From: an uncultured Spirochaetota bacterium
Lineage (GTDB): Bacteria > Spirochaetota > Brevinematia > Brevinematales > JAOACQ01
Direction: 5' to 3'
Length of the DNA: 64,000 nt
Assembly (NCBI GenBank): GCA_963835575.1
Contig: CAWIGG010000002.1
Span: 1,184,001 to 1,248,000, forward strand
In this document: positions 19,872 to 30,857 of the stretch, one piece after another
Position numbering within the stretch: position 1 is the stretch's first letter
Layout: the number at the start of each line of letters is the position of its first letter
The notes under the pieces: model-generated
What the model was told of the DNA's origin: nothing
The model's database searches: none
What the model saw: the letters and a program-made list of their open reading frames with translations, nothing else
Made by a program: the position numbers and the translations under genes

Positions 19872-21174
19872 TTTTAAGAACGTCTCCGCGGTTTTTATTA
19901 TCATCCCGGTCGTTTTATCCATTCTCGGGCTTGTTTTTATTTTCAGCACCGGCGTCAACCCTGACGGCACAAACAATAACCATTATTTAAAACAGCTGAT
20001 CTGGATCATAATCGGTATCGGCCTTGCGCTGCTGATCATCAATATTGATTATTACAGACTGGTGGAAACGTCTCTCTATTATTATATTGCCGGGATACTG
20101 TTCCTTATTATAACTCTCATATTCGGAAAAGAAATCAGGGGCTCAAAAAGCTGGCTTGGCATTGCCGGATTGGGGATCCAGCCTTCCGAAATCATGAAAA
20201 TCTGCTACATTCTCTTCTTCGCGCGTTATTTGTCCAATGCGCCGGTCAATGAGAAAAAAACAAAAGTTTTTTTTGTTTCATTACTTATCATGATCATTCC
20301 GTTTGGCCTTATCATGCTCCAGCCAAATTTAGGTACTGCAATCGTTTTTATTGCCATTTTTACAATCATGGCATATCTGGGAATGGCTGACGACACTTAT
20401 GTCCGCTATTTTATATTCAGCGGCCTCATCAGCGCCGTTATTATATTCGGGATCGGTTTTTATAAAAATTATCTTGAAAAAGGGGGAAGTTCCCTGGAAG
20501 TACTGGATATATTATTGAGCTTTAATACGCTCCTGATTGTTTCTATAACCATGTTTCTTTATTCTATAATTTCCCTCTTTATTGACTTCTTTTCACCCGT
20601 TCCGATTATTAAAAAACTGCTGCCTGTAACGTTCATAATAGGTATTTCTTTCTTATTTTCAGCTGTCGCAGTAAAGATTTTGAAAACTTATCAGTGGAAA
20701 AGAATTCTGGTTATGATAAGCCCGGAATTTGATAAAAAAGGCTCCGGTTATAATATTATTCAATCAAAAATAGCCATAGGCTCGGGAGGATTTTTTGGGA
20801 AAGGCCTGTTCAGAGGAACTCAGAATATTCTGGGCTTCCTTCCGGAAAAACACACCGATTTTATTTATTCCATAATAGGAGAGGAACTGGGATTTTTCGG
20901 CGGCAGTATTATCATTATTCTTTTTATCATATATTTTTATTATATCACTAAAACAATACAAAGCGCCAAAGATAAGGAAGGCATGCTGATAGCGAGCGGA
21001 ATACTGGCGATGTTTTTTACTCACTTTTTTATTAATATCGGAATGACGCTGGGTATCATGCCTGTCACCGGCCTTCCTTTACCTTTTATAAGCTATGGTG
21101 GATCTTCTTATATTGCATGTATTGCGGCTGCCGCTCTTCTATCAAATATTTATTCGAGAAGATTTGTACATTAA
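19858..21174 (+). CDS. rodA: Rod shape-determining SEDS protein RodA (likely start ATG 19858)
   Basis: IQPSE, GYNIIQSKIAIGSGG, LPEKHTDF and GLPLPFISYGGSS. Confidence 0.93.
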   Translation: MLKDSFKNVSAVFIIIPVVLSILGLVFIFSTGVNPDGTNNNHYLKQLIWIIIGIGLALLIINIDYYRLVETSLYYYIAGILFLIITLIFGKEIRGSKSWLGIAGLGIQPSEIMKICYILFFARYLSNAPVNEKKTKVFFVSLLIMIIPFGLIMLQPNLGTAIVFIAIFTIMAYLGMADDTYVRYFIFSGLISAVIIFGIGFYKNYLEKGGSSLEVLDILLSFNTLLIVSITMFLYSIISLFIDFFSPVPIIKKLLPVTFIIGISFLFSAVAVKILKTYQWKRILVMISPEFDKKGSGYNIIQSKIAIGSGGFFGKGLFRGTQNILGFLPEKHTDFIYSIIGEELGFFGGSIIIILFIIYFYYITKTIQSAKDKEGMLIASGILAMFFTHFFINIGMTLGIMPVTGLPLPFISYGGSSYIACIAAAALLSNIYSRRFVH

Positions 21175-21227
21175 TCAATAAAATCTAATATCTTCAGTAT
21201 TTCAACTGGACAACTTCACATTGCCTT

Positions 21228-22319
21228 TTAAATATTTTCACCGATTATGCGGGCATATTCCTTTAAAAGGTCTTTTTCTTTCTGTTTTAAATTTTTCGGG
21301 ACATCAATAAACACTTCATAATAAATATCGCCCCTGATTTTTGTACGGATATCAGGAATTCCTTCATTCTTTAACCGGATTTGATGATTTGACTGAACGC
21401 CGGCCGGAATATTTATTTTTTTCTTTCCTTCCAATGAATCTACCTCTATCTGGCCGCCGAATACCGCTCTGGGATAACTGATATTAAGTTTATTATAAAG
21501 ATCAGTGCCTTTTCTCTCAAAGCTTGTATTATTCCTGATGTGTATGAGTACATAAAGATCCCCTCTCTGACCCCCGTTCTTCCCCGCGTCCCCTTCATCA
21601 GCAACCCTGAGGCGCATCCCGTCATCAACACCGGCCGGAATTTTAACATTGATCAAAGAATCTTTGTCTATAACACCTGAACCCCGGCAGTTCGAACAGG
21701 GGTCGGTAATAACAGTACCTGTACCATGACAGGCAGGGCATGTTGTGGAAATGCTGAAAAAACCCTGTGTTGTCCTTACCGAACCTCTTCCGCCGCATGT
21801 CGGGCATGTCCCTGCTTTACCTCCGCTCCGGCTGCCTGTTCCATGACAAACTTCGCAGGCTTCATTCCGTCTGACTTTTATTTTCAGGCTCTTGTCAGAT
21901 AGAACGTCCTCAATATTGAGAGAAATATCCGCACGGATATCGGACCCCCTGACAGAAGCGCTTCTCGCGCGCGACCGCCTGGAAGTCCCTCCCCCAAAAA
22001 AAGTATTGAAAATATCTTCAAACCCTGACCCTCCGAAAATATCTTCGAAATCAAAAGAAGTCCCTCCGCCCTGACCGCCGAAACCTCCCTGGCTGAAAGC
22101 GGAATGTCCGAACTGGTCATACATTCTTCTTTTTTCAGGGTTGGATAAAACTTCATAGGCTTCGTTTATTTCTTTAAATTTTTCTTCGGCGACCTTATCT
22201 CCCGGGTTTCTATCAGGGTGGTACTGCATGGCCAGTTTTCTATACGCCTTTTTCATCTCTTCATCCGACGCGCTTCTCGATACGCCGAGTAATTCGTAAT
22301 AATCTTTTTCTGTCGCCAT
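21228..22319 (-). CDS. dnaJ: Chaperone DnaJ
   Basis: J domain with HPD, G/F region and four CxxCxGxG repeats. Confidence 0.97.
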   Translation of the reverse strand: MATEKDYYELLGVSRSASDEEMKKAYRKLAMQYHPDRNPGDKVAEEKFKEINEAYEVLSNPEKRRMYDQFGHSAFSQGGFGGQGGGTSFDFEDIFGGSGFEDIFNTFFGGGTSRRSRARSASVRGSDIRADISLNIEDVLSDKSLKIKVRRNEACEVCHGTGSRSGGKAGTCPTCGGRGSVRTTQGFFSISTTCPACHGTGTVITDPCSNCRGSGVIDKDSLINVKIPAGVDDGMRLRVADEGDAGKNGGQRGDLYVLIHIRNNTSFERKGTDLYNKLNISYPRAVFGGQIEVDSLEGKKKINIPAGVQSNHQIRLKNEGIPDIRTKIRGDIYYEVFIDVPKNLKQKEKDLLKEYARIIGENI

Positions 22320-22335
22320 CTTTTTACCTCAATTA

Positions 22336-22366
22336 CAAAAAGCGACGATTTAAATCGTCGCCTTTT
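22336..22366 (-). terminator. Hairpin between dnaK and dnaJ (attenuator-like)
   Basis: Perfect 20-bp palindrome GCGACGATTTAAATCGTCGC (22342-22361) followed by TTTTTG on the minus strand. Confidence 0.65.
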
Positions 22367-22432
22367 GATTTGAATTTATTAAATTTACTTTCATATTATC
22401 AGTATTAATATCATCCGTTAATGCGTTTGAAT

Positions 22433-24385
22433 CTATTTCTTCTTATTATTTTTATCTTTATCCTTATTATTATCTTCAACCACCTCAGCGTCAACAACTT
22501 TTTCCTCGCCTTTGGTTCCGCCTTCGCCTTCCTTTCCTTCCGCTCCGCCGGCAGCACCCTGTCCCTGCTGGCTCTGCTGATAGGCGGTATTTTTATAAAG
22601 AGCTTCGGAAATCTTATGCGATATTTTATTAAGATCATCCAGAGCGGATTTGATCTTAGCTTCATCATCGCCTTTAATCGCTTCTTTTACATCTTTTATC
22701 TTCTGTTCGACTTCAACTTTATCTTTAGGATCGATCTTATCGCCATGTTCACGGACTGTTTTCTCCATGGAATAGGCTAAATTATCCGCCTGATTTTTAA
22801 GTTCGATCAGTTCCTTCACTTTTCTATCAGCTTCGGCATTCTTTTCCGCTTCCTGCTGCATCCTCTTAATTTCCTGTTCATTCAGACCGCTTGACGCTTC
22901 AATGCGGATCTTCTGTTCTTTTCCTGTGCCCATATCCTTAGCAGAAACATGAAGAATTCCATTCGCGTCAATATCAAATGTTACTTCAATTTGAGGAACT
23001 CCGCGCGGGGCAGGCGGTATTCCTTCAAGCATAAACATGCCCAGAGTCCTGTTGTCTCTAGCCATCGGTCTTTCACCCTGAAGGACATGTATCTGGACCG
23101 CCGTCTGATTTTCTTCAGCAGTTGAAAAGATTTGCGACTTCTTGGTAGGTATAGTTGTATTTCTCGGAATGAGAACCGTGCCTACACCGCCGAGAGTCTC
23201 GATCCCCAATGAAAGCGGAGTGACATCCAGCAAAAGCAGATCTTTCATTTCCCCGGTTAAAACCGCGCCCTGTATTGCCGCGCCTACTGCCACAACTTCA
23301 TCCGGATTGACACCCTTGGAAGGTTCTTTTCCGAAAATACTCTTGACAGTCTGTACAATCAGCGGCATTCTTGTCATACCGCCGACAAGTATCACTTCAT
23401 CAATTTTTTCCTTTGATAAATTCGCGTCCCGTAATACATTCAAACAAGGCTGTATAGACCTTTCAACAAAAGAACGGGCTATATTTTCGAGCTGGCTTCG
23501 CGTAATATTCATCTGCAGGTGTTTGGGACCGCTTGAATCCGCGGTAATATAAGGCAGATTAACCTGTGTTTCCATCTTTGATGAAAGCTCTATTTTGGCT
23601 TTTTCAGCAGAATCTTTCAGCCGCTGAATCGCCATCGGATCTTTAGAAAGATCGACGCCTGTATCCTTTTTGAATTCCTGAATCATATACTCCATGACGG
23701 CATGGTCAACATCATCGCCGCCGAGATGTGTATCGCCGTTTGTCGCTTTTACTTCAAAAACACCGTCGCCGATTTCAAGGATAGAGATATCAAAAGTCCC
23801 TCCTCCAAAATCATAAACAGCGACAATGCCTTCTTTCTTTTTGTCCAGTCCGTAAGCAAGAGCGGCGGCTGTAGGCTCATTAATAATACGTTCTACCTTA
23901 AGTCCGGCTATTGTGCCGGCATCTTTTGTCGCCTGACGCTGGGAATCGTTAAAATAAGCGGGAACTGTTATAACCGCCTTTTCTACTTTTTCACCCAGAT
24001 AATCCTCGGCAGCCTGTTTTAATTTCATCAAAACACGGGCTGATATTTCCTGAGGACTGAAATCACCGGCCCTGGTCGCAAACCGGATATCATTATGAGG
24101 CCCCGATTTTACTTTAAAAGGCACCATTTTGACTTCTTTTTCCGATTCCTCAATTCTTCTCCCGATAAATCTTTTTGCCGAATAAATCGTATTATCGTGA
24201 TTCGTTATCATCTGGTTTTTTGCCGGCTGGCCTACTACCACTTCGCCTTTATCAGTATAGGCAACTATGGATGGAGTAGTCCGGGAACCTTCCTGGTTTG
24301 GTATAACGGCAGGCTGGCCGTTTTCAACAATAGATACAACAGAATTTGTCGTACCCAGATCGATTCCTATAATTTTCCCTGGCAT
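22433..24385 (-). CDS. dnaK: Chaperone DnaK
   Basis: [26 protein letters not shown] and [13 protein letters not shown]. Confidence 0.98.
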   Translation of the reverse strand: MPGKIIGIDLGTTNSVVSIVENGQPAVIPNQEGSRTTPSIVAYTDKGEVVVGQPAKNQMITNHDNTIYSAKRFIGRRIEESEKEVKMVPFKVKSGPHNDIRFATRAGDFSPQEISARVLMKLKQAAEDYLGEKVEKAVITVPAYFNDSQRQATKDAGTIAGLKVERIINEPTAAALAYGLDKKKEGIVAVYDFGGGTFDISILEIGDGVFEVKATNGDTHLGGDDVDHAVMEYMIQEFKKDTGVDLSKDPMAIQRLKDSAEKAKIELSSKMETQVNLPYITADSSGPKHLQMNITRSQLENIARSFVERSIQPCLNVLRDANLSKEKIDEVILVGGMTRMPLIVQTVKSIFGKEPSKGVNPDEVVAVGAAIQGAVLTGEMKDLLLLDVTPLSLGIETLGGVGTVLIPRNTTIPTKKSQIFSTAEENQTAVQIHVLQGERPMARDNRTLGMFMLEGIPPAPRGVPQIEVTFDIDANGILHVSAKDMGTGKEQKIRIEASSGLNEQEIKRMQQEAEKNAEADRKVKELIELKNQADNLAYSMEKTVREHGDKIDPKDKVEVEQKIKDVKEAIKGDDEAKIKSALDDLNKISHKISEALYKNTAYQQSQQGQGAAGGAEGKEGEGGTKGEEKVVDAEVVEDNNKDKDKNNKKK

Positions 24386-24401
24386 ATCTATCTCCTTACT
24401 A

Positions 24402-25019
24402 TTACTTTTTTTTCTTTTTTGCCACTTTTACCTTGCTGTGGCGGATGACGGCATCGCCCAGCATATACCCTTTCTCCAGTTCTTCAACAACTGTTGTCTC
24501 ATAGGGCAAGTTTTCTCTTTCTTCCATAAAAACGGCTTCATGAAGATTTGGATTAAATTCCTGCCCGATTACTTCCATTGGTTTTACGCCAATATGACCA
24601 AAGAAATGAAGAATACCATTATAAGTGATTTTTAAACCGTCATATAACTGATTAAAATCCTTATTATTCTCGGAGTTTTTCAGGGCCCTGCCGAAATTAT
24701 CAAATATCGGCAGTATATCCGATGCAAATTTCTTAATTGATTCGGCTGCGGAATCTTCCATCTGTTTCAGGACCCGTTTTCGGTAATTATCAAACTCGGC
24801 AACTTTTCTTTTATATGAATCATCCAGATTTGCATTTGCATCTTTGAGTTTAACCATTTCTCCTTTCAATATATCTAATTCTTCTTTCAGCTTCCTGCAT
24901 TCCTTGCATTCCTTCCGATGCTCATGATGGGAAGCATCATGAGCTTTTTCATGCTCTTTTGTTTCATATACTTTTTCTTCCTTTAAATCGCCATCATTAT
25001 GCTCAATATGATTTTCCAT
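24402..25019 (-). CDS. grpE: Nucleotide exchange factor GrpE (likely start ATG 25019)
   Basis: [17 protein letters not shown] and [25 protein letters not shown] before MENHIEH. Confidence 0.95.
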   Translation of the reverse strand: MENHIEHNDGDLKEEKVYETKEHEKAHDASHHEHRKECKECRKLKEELDILKGEMVKLKDANANLDDSYKRKVAEFDNYRKRVLKQMEDSAAESIKKFASDILPIFDNFGRALKNSENNKDFNQLYDGLKITYNGILHFFGHIGVKPMEVIGQEFNPNLHEAVFMEERENLPYETTVVEELEKGYMLGDAVIRHSKVKVAKKKKK

Positions 25020-25059
25020 TAATAATTCTCCCTGGAATTTATACGATTTATTTGAAATA

Positions 25060-25088
25060 AATTTAATCATTTCTGTTAGAAACGTCAA
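25060..25088 (-). promoter_or_regulatory. Sigma-70-type promoter of grpE-dnaK-dnaJ
   Basis: TTGACG-17 nt-TAAATT on the minus strand. Confidence 0.6.
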
Positions 25089-25118
25089 GTATATGGAAAT
25101 AAGATTGCATTAATTATA

Positions 25119-26402
25119 GGGCGGTTTTAAAAACCGCCTAATTTATCAACACTTCCCTGATAATAGAAAATATTTTCAAAATATTTCTGCCAACAGGTTA
25201 AAAACTGTTTCTATTACCAAAATTCAGCCAAACACGGGCAATATTATCCATATCTTCTGTATTTTAAGCCGCACAAGACGCAATTCGACCTTTTACCACA
25301 ACATACCGTGCTAAATTATAAACCAGATTCATCAGCCCGATTTGGCTCTCTGCCCTTTCTTTTCCTATCGATCGTATTGTACTGCCGTTCATACTATTTT
25401 CAACAAAACCAAAAACATGCTCAACACGAACTCGGATGCGGCTCTTTCTTCTATTTTTTTCTTTCTGCTTCTCCGTCAATGGCTTATTTCTGTATCCTTT
25501 TTCGTGAATCCGGTTTTTCATCTCAAATTTTTCTAATATTCCTGCTACCGTTGGGCCAACATATGCGCTGTCCGCGTAAAACGGCTTCCCTTTGTCTTTC
25601 TCATTCAATAGAGGTTCAACTACCTGTGAATCGTGAACGCTCGCATCTGTCGTGACATAAGAACGAATAAGTTTTGACTTCACATCAACCTTTGTATGGT
25701 TTTTGTATCCGTAATGCCTCTCTTTATTCTTGGTCATCCAGCGCGCATCCGTGTCTTTATGGGAAAGCTTATGCGTATTATCTTTCCAATCTTCCGGAAC
25801 CTCGCCTTCTTTTATTTTCTTGTTTTCTTCGCGGCTGTTCCTCTGCCGGGGAACATCCACAAAACTTGCGTCTACCATAACGCCCGCTTTCCCTATCACA
25901 CCTTTATTCTCAAGATTCTCATCGAATATTTTAAAAAGTTTCTCTATTGCTTTCGCTTTCGTCAGTTTTTCCTTGAATTCCCAGATTTTACTGTAGTCCG
26001 GAACTTTGTCCGAAAGTGTTATCCCAAGATATCGCTGAACGGATAACCTGTCATTGATCTGAAATTCCGCTTGCTCATCGGAAAGATTGTAATACCTCTG
26101 GAATATCAGTATCTTGAACATGAAAACATAGTCATAATGTGGCGCTCCACCCGGCGCCTTCTGCTCTTTCGGCGCCAAAATCTCTGTTAACAGCGGCCGG
26201 AACATCTCAAAGTCTACAACTCTGTTAAGCTTATCCAGCGGTGTTTTTACGCCGCTTAGCTTTTCCATCCGCTCCTGATATTCAAACAAGTTACGGTCTT
26301 TCCGCTTAATTTTTGTCATAGCCTTACCTCTGTTTTCTTTGACTATGATTATATGTTTTTATATACTATTTGTATATGATACGTGGGTTTTTCAAACCGC
26401 CC
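25119..26402 (-). mobile_element. IS5 family element, complete
   Basis: TIRs GGGCGGTTTTAAAAACC / GGGCGGTTTGAAAAACC. 4-bp TSD TATA at 25115-25118 and 26403-26406. Confidence 0.92.
25264..26319 (-). CDS. IS5 family transposase
   Basis: YNLSD, VPD, VDAS, DTDARW, YGYKNH, ADSAY and RVRVEHVFG. Confidence 0.93.
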   Translation of the reverse strand: MTKIKRKDRNLFEYQERMEKLSGVKTPLDKLNRVVDFEMFRPLLTEILAPKEQKAPGGAPHYDYVFMFKILIFQRYYNLSDEQAEFQINDRLSVQRYLGITLSDKVPDYSKIWEFKEKLTKAKAIEKLFKIFDENLENKGVIGKAGVMVDASFVDVPRQRNSREENKKIKEGEVPEDWKDNTHKLSHKDTDARWMTKNKERHYGYKNHTKVDVKSKLIRSYVTTDASVHDSQVVEPLLNEKDKGKPFYADSAYVGPTVAGILEKFEMKNRIHEKGYRNKPLTEKQKEKNRRKSRIRVRVEHVFGFVENSMNGSTIRSIGKERAESQIGLMNLVYNLARYVVVKGRIASCAA

Positions 26403-26440
26403 TATATTTATTTCCCCGAAAATATTCAAAATTATCGGTC

Positions 26441-26478
26441 AATAAAAAATCCGCCAGAAAATTGGCGGATTTTTTATT
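26441..26478. terminator. Bidirectional intrinsic terminator
   Basis: AATAAAAAATCCGCCA-GAAAAT-TGGCGGATTTTTTATT. Confidence 0.8.
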
Positions 26479-26497
26479 CCGTATTCAAATATCTTTA

Positions 26498-26701
26498 GGG
26501 CAGTTCTAAAAACTCAAATATTTAGAACTGCCGCTATTGTATGAGTTCATGCTACCGCTCGAGTTCGCTGTCTGAAAAGAAAGCCGACCAGCGAACTCTA
26601 TACGGTAGCGCCATTTGCATTCACAAAGAATTTTTTAACCGGGGCAGTTCCAAAACCTGTTGTGGAAATATCTGATAAATTTTTAGTTTTTGGAACTGCC
26701 C
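26498..26701. mobile_element. 204-bp non-autonomous MITE-like element
   Basis: Ends GGGCAGTTCTAAAAACT / AGTTTTTGGAACTGCCC, flanked by direct repeat TTTA (26494-26497, 26702-26705). Nested hairpins inside. Confidence 0.72.
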
Positions 26702-26709
26702 TTTATATA

Positions 26710-28074
26710 TTAAAAAAGTAATGAGGCGCTCATACCGACAGCCAGCGCATTTCCGGTGAAAGTATATTCTGTATTATCATCCCCGATATAAGCATAAAGG
26801 AATAAACTGATATTAAAATCGTATATCGGATTCCAGACAATAGTCGGGTTGAGCGCAAAAGAATTATCGACAAAATTACCGATAGCATTCAGAAATAATG
26901 TCAAATTAGGATTAAGGAATTCATTGATGCTCGTCAAAAGGGCCCAGTTGTAAGCGTAAAAATCACTCTGGACAAAGTAGCTTACCCCTCCATAAGGAAA
27001 AGCAAACATTAATTTATCACTATCATTCTTCAATAAATTCTCCGTATAACCGTCCGACTTGTAATAAAATTGAGCCGTAACCGAAATCCTGTCCTTGAGT
27101 TCCCAGTCAAATGTTTTTGTTATGCCGAGCGACACTTTTGTGACGAACTGATTTGTCACGCTGTAGGGGACCGCATAATTAGAGGTAACAAAAGTATTTG
27201 ATAATTTTTGGCCCATATCGTAATCGGCAAAGCTGGCTTCCCCCGTCACATCGAACATGCTGAAGAGCCGCAGATAAAATTCGCAGGCATAAACCGGATG
27301 GAAATCCTTTTTAGCCCAGATCGATCCGGAAAATTGAAAAGCATCTATTAAAAATTCCGCTTTTCCGGCAAAGGCCGTATCGTCCAATTTGGTTATTCCG
27401 GTCATATTAAGAAAGCTGTATAAATTAACTGCCGTCCCGAACGGGATATGCATTTTAAGCCCGTAGCTTCCCTCTAAATAATTATTGTAGGCATTCAGAG
27501 TAAAGAAAGACTGTTTCTGTATATTGATCAAATCGCTGGGAGTCCAGAAATTGACCGTGCCCCATTGAAGCACCTGTTTTCCCACGCGGAAGTATACCGC
27601 ATTATTTATATTGGCATCCAGGAAAAATTCCTGCAAAGTCAGTGTAGTATTGTTAGTCTCATATAAGGTTTCATTATAGGGCGGCGTACTACTAAAGAAA
27701 TTATGCTGGACTGGAATACCCGTTGGCGTATAAGTCGCCTGAATATTTCCGAAGGCCTTTACCCCCTGTGTCAGGCGGATATCCAGGAACAGGTTCCCCT
27801 GCATTGCCGGAGTCCATTGATTTAAATCCGAATTTGTGCTTCCCTGAAGATATTTCCTCGTCATTCCATAAATCGCTATACTCTGGATATTCCCGGTGAG
27901 AGACACGCTCTTCTGGTTTACATTACTGGTTATGGTGTTATTGATAACCTTATTGGTATCAACCATAGTATCGCCGGAAAACATACTGCTTTCATCTGTA
28001 TTTAAATCTTCTGCGGATAGTACTGCCGCTGTCAGGAAAACTGCGCTGATAATAAAAATGATTCTTTTAATCAT
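26710..28074 (-). CDS. Putative outer-membrane beta-barrel protein
   Basis: Signal peptide, RVGKQVLQWG motif, alternating aromatic beta-strands and terminal Phe. Confidence 0.7.
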   Translation of the reverse strand: MIKRIIFIISAVFLTAAVLSAEDLNTDESSMFSGDTMVDTNKVINNTITSNVNQKSVSLTGNIQSIAIYGMTRKYLQGSTNSDLNQWTPAMQGNLFLDIRLTQGVKAFGNIQATYTPTGIPVQHNFFSSTPPYNETLYETNNTTLTLQEFFLDANINNAVYFRVGKQVLQWGTVNFWTPSDLINIQKQSFFTLNAYNNYLEGSYGLKMHIPFGTAVNLYSFLNMTGITKLDDTAFAGKAEFLIDAFQFSGSIWAKKDFHPVYACEFYLRLFSMFDVTGEASFADYDMGQKLSNTFVTSNYAVPYSVTNQFVTKVSLGITKTFDWELKDRISVTAQFYYKSDGYTENLLKNDSDKLMFAFPYGGVSYFVQSDFYAYNWALLTSINEFLNPNLTLFLNAIGNFVDNSFALNPTIVWNPIYDFNISLFLYAYIGDDNTEYTFTGNALAVGMSASLLF

Positions 28075-28140
28075 AACTCTCTCCTAAAATATAAGGACAG
28101 CCGGGCATATCTTACCCGGCTGTTATCTATTATTAATGAA

Positions 28141-28914
28141 TTACTTACTGAGATTTTCAAGATAAGCTTTTGTAAAAAGCGAATCGCTGAGCCCCGCCAA
28201 TGAAATACCAGAAAGCTCAACAATGGATTTATTGCCTTTTTCAAATTCATCGACAAATATGGACTGGACCCAGATGTATTTTCCTTCAATTGTTGTCCAT
28301 TTCGGTGTATAGCTTGAGGCCATCAATGTACCGGATAATGAAAAACTTTGTATTTTTAGAGGCAGAAATGTGTCTTTTTCCACCCAGTAGATCTGCTTGG
28401 GATATGTGACATCATTCACCTTGGCGATCAAGATGATTTTATAGACATCCTTTATGCCCAGCTTTTCCTCCTCAACGATCTCTTTTCCATTTGCGTTAGT
28501 CTCAGCCTGGTAAAGATCATACAGCTTCCGTTTTTCAAAGTCGCCGGCCTTGGCGTCGGTCCCGCTGATGCTTTCATCCCGGTTGATTGTCTGGAAAGTG
28601 CGCGTATTCTGTCTGTATAAGAAGTTATTATTTCCGACACGGAGATAGCCGTTTCCTTTTTCAGCGTCAGGAGCTAAAAATACCATCAAGAAGGAGTCGG
28701 TTTTGTCTTTTCTGTAAAAGAGCATCTCATAGTTTTTAATCCCCTGTCCGACTTTCTGCTGTACAATATTCACTTTGCATGTTATATCCGAAGCCTGGTC
28801 CTGCATATAGTCTATTTTCTTTATGATTTCCGTAGCTGTCGGCAGTCCCCATAAACTCACGCCTGAAAGCATGATAAGCCCTGTCATTAAAATTAAGATT
28901 ATTCTTTGTTTCAT
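28141..28914 (-). CDS. Outer-membrane lipoprotein-sorting (LolA-like) protein (likely start ATG 28914)
   Basis: Signal peptide. FLAPDAEKGNGYL, GTDAKAGDF, YPKQIYWV and LFTKAYL are typical of this family. Confidence 0.75.
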   Translation of the reverse strand: MKQRIILILMTGLIMLSGVSLWGLPTATEIIKKIDYMQDQASDITCKVNIVQQKVGQGIKNYEMLFYRKDKTDSFLMVFLAPDAEKGNGYLRVGNNNFLYRQNTRTFQTINRDESISGTDAKAGDFEKRKLYDLYQAETNANGKEIVEEEKLGIKDVYKIILIAKVNDVTYPKQIYWVEKDTFLPLKIQSFSLSGTLMASSYTPKWTTIEGKYIWVQSIFVDEFEKGNKSIVELSGISLAGLSDSLFTKAYLENLSK

Positions 28915-28955
28915 ATTATTTCTCCTATTATATCTAAACAATACTTATTCTTTCT

Positions 28956-30847
28956 TTATTCATAATGCCTGAGCGCAGAAGCCGCAGACATACCGGCCGC
29001 TCTTTTCGCCGGGAAATAAGCGATAGCCACAAGCATCTGAAGTATTAAAATCAGATAAGTCAATATGCCGTTGCCGGAAGCGCTTGTAAAAAATCCAATC
29101 AATACAAACAGGATAAGAAAAGGATTGACAATCCATTTCGGTAATATCCTGTCCAGATTGATCAGTAATACTTCAATACCGAAAAACACCAGGAGTATTA
29201 CATTTACATACCATCTGCCCAGAGATGGCGTGAAATTCAAATGTTTCTCATAAAGTAGTATGCTGAAAACACTGTCGGTATCTATTTTTATCAGTGAAAT
29301 AATACCGATAACCATTAATCCCAAAACAATGCCTGCAAGACAACCCAGGAGCGTTAAATTAAATGTTTCCATAACAAATGAGCTCAACACATCCTTTTTC
29401 TGCATACCGATGGCCCGTATTGTTCCGATTTCCCTTGTTCTTTCGCGGATAGTCATTCTGAGTGTGTTTATTACCCCGATTAATATAACAAAAAAGAGTA
29501 TCAGGACTGCGATAAGGGAGACTAAATTTAAAGCCGATTCCATCTGAAGAATGAAGCTGGCCACTTCATACATCGTGCTGACATCAAGATAAGCACCTTC
29601 CCATTTTTCCTTGTATACGGTTCTCATTTTATCACGGTATGCATCAGAGTTTGGCGTTCTTTTTAGAAGCTTCCATTCCGTCGCAAGGGCCGGATAGAGT
29701 ACGCTGTTTGTAGCCGGCATGTAAGCCGTTTTATAATTTGTGATATCCTGCGGCATGGTTTTATAATAGCCGGGATAAAAATTATTTTCGCTGATCAGAA
29801 TAACATTTTCGCCGAGTACATTCCCGGATTTAAAGATTGCCGATACTGAGTAAGTATTGGTAGTGCTTCCTTTTTCAAATTTATTCTGATAAATGCCGGT
29901 TATTTTTGAACCGACAGCCGTGCCTATCTTTTTCGCCAATACAGAACTGATTAAGATAGTATTGGAATTTGTCGCGTTCTCCCATTTGCCGGCTGACAGC
30001 GCCAATTGATTTGTCAACACCGTCATGGCATTGGTATTGGAAAAAAATGAGAGTACTGTAGCCTCTGTTTTTGGGCCGGATGAGTAAAAATCACCGTAAT
30101 AAGCGGCCAGATTCGGTTTCAGAAGCTTATGGATCTGTTCAGCCACTACGAGAGCCGCCTGTGGACTATCCATTTTATTGAGAATAACCTGGAGAGGCCC
30201 GGTTTCATAAGAGCGGTATCCTAAAATCTTTTTCATGTTTCATGCGGAATATAAAAAGCAGTGCTCTGCATAAGATTACCCGCTTTCATGATGCAGACAA
30301 GCGTCAGTTTTGCCGTCTGGACCTGACCTGTCACGGTTGTCAGACGCACATTCAGCGCATCGCCGATTTTTACATTGAGGTCCTTGGCTTTATTTTCCGC
30401 CATAACAACCGGATTTTCAATCGATGTATTGGTGAAATCATATATATTGCCGGCTTTTGATTCGCTTTTGAAATATTCCAGTCCCCGATCAACCGGCATT
30501 CCGACAAGGGCCATCATTTCCGCCTTTCCGTTGCCGATAACCCGCGTATAGGAAGCCATATACTGATTCACTTCCTTTATGCCCTTGACGCTTTTAATAA
30601 TATTGATGATCCTATCCTTATCCCTGTTTATATTAGGCTGACGCTTGCCGTTTTCAGTAAAGGTTACGCTGACATGGCCGAATGAATAGACCAGCATTTT
30701 ATTGAGTATCATATCTGTGAGACCCCGCGTAAACGAGCTGGTCACAACAAGGATCATCATACCGATCGCTATCGCCAGGCCGAGAAAGAAGCTTCTTTTT
30801 TTCTGCCTTAATAGATTCCTTAAACTTATTTTAAAAATTAATCCCAT
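28956..30847 (-). pseudogene. MacB/FtsX-type ABC permease, split at 30233-30236 (1-nt shift or ATGA overlap)
   Basis: N-part has ISLRNLLRQKKRS; C-part has RERTREIGTIRAIG and YFPAKRAA. The junction YIPHET/MKKILGY aligns continuously with the neighbouring paralog (LLDLDSFRECFGY). Confidence 0.78.
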
Positions 30848-30857
30848 ATCATTCTCC

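Noticed and set aside
30225..30245. Programmed -1 frameshift, or a CATGAAA 7-bp duplication, as cause of the permease split
   Set aside because: The A AAA AAG run lies after the in-frame stop, and removing one CATGAAA copy does not restore the frame.
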